Shown: positions 63,343 through 64,000 of the stretch, in pieces
How positions within the stretch are numbered: the stretch's first letter is position 1
How the letters are laid out: the number at the start of each line of letters is the position of its first letter
Source of the DNA: Clostridia bacterium
GTDB taxonomy: Bacteria; Bacillota; Clostridia; Christensenellales; UBA1242
Length of the DNA stretch: 64,000 nucleotides
NCBI GenBank assembly: GCA_028709705.1
Contig: JAQVWL010000005.1
Coordinates: forward strand, 892-64,891
Direction: 5' to 3'
Position numbers and translations under genes: made by a program
The notes under the pieces: model-generated
Told to the model about the DNA's origin: nothing
Databases searched by the model: none
Seen by the model: only the letters and a program-made list of their open reading frames with translations

Positions 63343-63575
63343 GCTCTCTTGCTTACCAAATATGATTACAAAACAAAAGAGTTCTGCACTCACCTGCAAA
63401 ACTCTTCATTTCCAGCCACTTTCACGCCATACTTTTTCAAACGGTCTTACGCACTTTCAAAAATCGTGCGTCCTTTTACAGCAGTAAGATCAAAAATCAC
63501 AATTTTTTACTGCCTTTTTCTGTGGTTTGCTGCGTTTTTCTGGTTTATTATTTGTTTGTACAATTTCACCATTTA

Positions 63576-63941
63576 TCAAAAAATAATATTGTGATTTTCT
63601 GCCCAATTATCATCAAATAAATTCGAGAAAGCATCTTCGTACTCCTCTACATCCATAAAACAATAGTTGATTTTTTTATCAAACTCATAAAAACCATCAT
63701 CTACATAAAGCTGACTAAACTCGTTAGTGTTGTGATTTTCTATAAGCGCCTTATAAACAGATGAATCATCAGTTCGATTAACATGATCAAAACACAAAAT
63801 TCTTTCAATATTATCTGTTTCAAATATCACTTCTTTTCTTTCTTTTTTCTTGATTATTAGATGATTATAATATCTTATTATAGCATGCAACCACAATAAT
63901 TCTTTTTTATTATACTCTTCAAAAAAAGATGCTCCGTCCAT
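63576..63941 (-). CDS. hypothetical acidic protein
   Basis: 121-aa ORF with no motif recognised. Confidence 0.35.
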   Translation of the reverse strand: MDGASFFEEYNKKELLWLHAIIRYYNHLIIKKKERKEVIFETDNIERILCFDHVNRTDDSSVYKALIENHNTNEFSQLYVDDGFYEFDKKINYCFMDVEEYEDAFSNLFDDNWAENHNIIF

Positions 63942-64000
63942 TGTTTCAGCTATATCATAATATAATTCTTTTTCATTATATCTTGCAGGTATATAATTGA

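Noticed and set aside
63315-64000. A tRNA interrupted by a group I intron, with ORF 63576..63941 as a homing endonuclease.
   Set aside because: No 5' exon (acceptor GCTGGTG, D arm) is visible up to the window end. The ORF has no LAGLIDADG, GIY-YIG or HNH motif. No P7/P3-like conserved cores were recognised.

Overview
This is a low-GC (about 30%) bacterial chromosomal segment that looks Firmicutes-like. All assignments were made by eye from the supplied translations and the raw sequence, with no database searches.

The window is mostly housekeeping genes:
- Seven aminoacyl-tRNA synthetases: proS, argS, valS, hisS, gltX and metG, plus tilS.
- Bacillus-like gene orders: mrnC-rlmB-sigH, secG-rnr-smpB-ssrA(tmRNA), addB-addA and yycJ-htrA.
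- glmM, uppP, a Ca-type P-type ATPase, an NfeD/SPFH pair, two YugP-type Zn-peptidases and two patatin-like lipases.
- A collagen-like BclA-type protein.
- A minus-strand tRNA cluster (Gly, Arg, His, Gln, Gln, Lys) and a separate tRNA-Leu.

No rRNA, CRISPR array, transposase or integrase was seen.

The items that annotation does not explain are:
1. A family of intergenic arrays of short GC-cored hairpins. The best copy (58081-58248) lies between the tmRNA terminator and an orphan Avd-like four-helix-bundle gene.
2. Debris in the tRNA cluster: a decayed tRNA-Lys copy, a 120-bp duplication carrying the last 21 nt of tRNA-Arg around a GC-rich filler, and a 290-nt GC-rich structured spacer.
3. An orphan tRNA 3' fragment at 63315-63342, which may mark an island boundary.
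4. An ArsR/SmtB-type regulator divergent from a 67-aa peptide with 10 Cys in its last 27 residues.
5. An 819-aa protein with an ExbB/MotA-like 3-TM head, a coiled coil, Tyr/Gly/Asp repeats and five AT-hooks.
6. A catalytically degenerate mini-AAA gene next to a frameshifted metallopeptidase-VWA gene.
7. A duplicated 18-mer carrying perfect DnaA boxes upstream of hisS.

I cannot show that any of these is a complete new system. They are ranked candidates, each with an explicit test.
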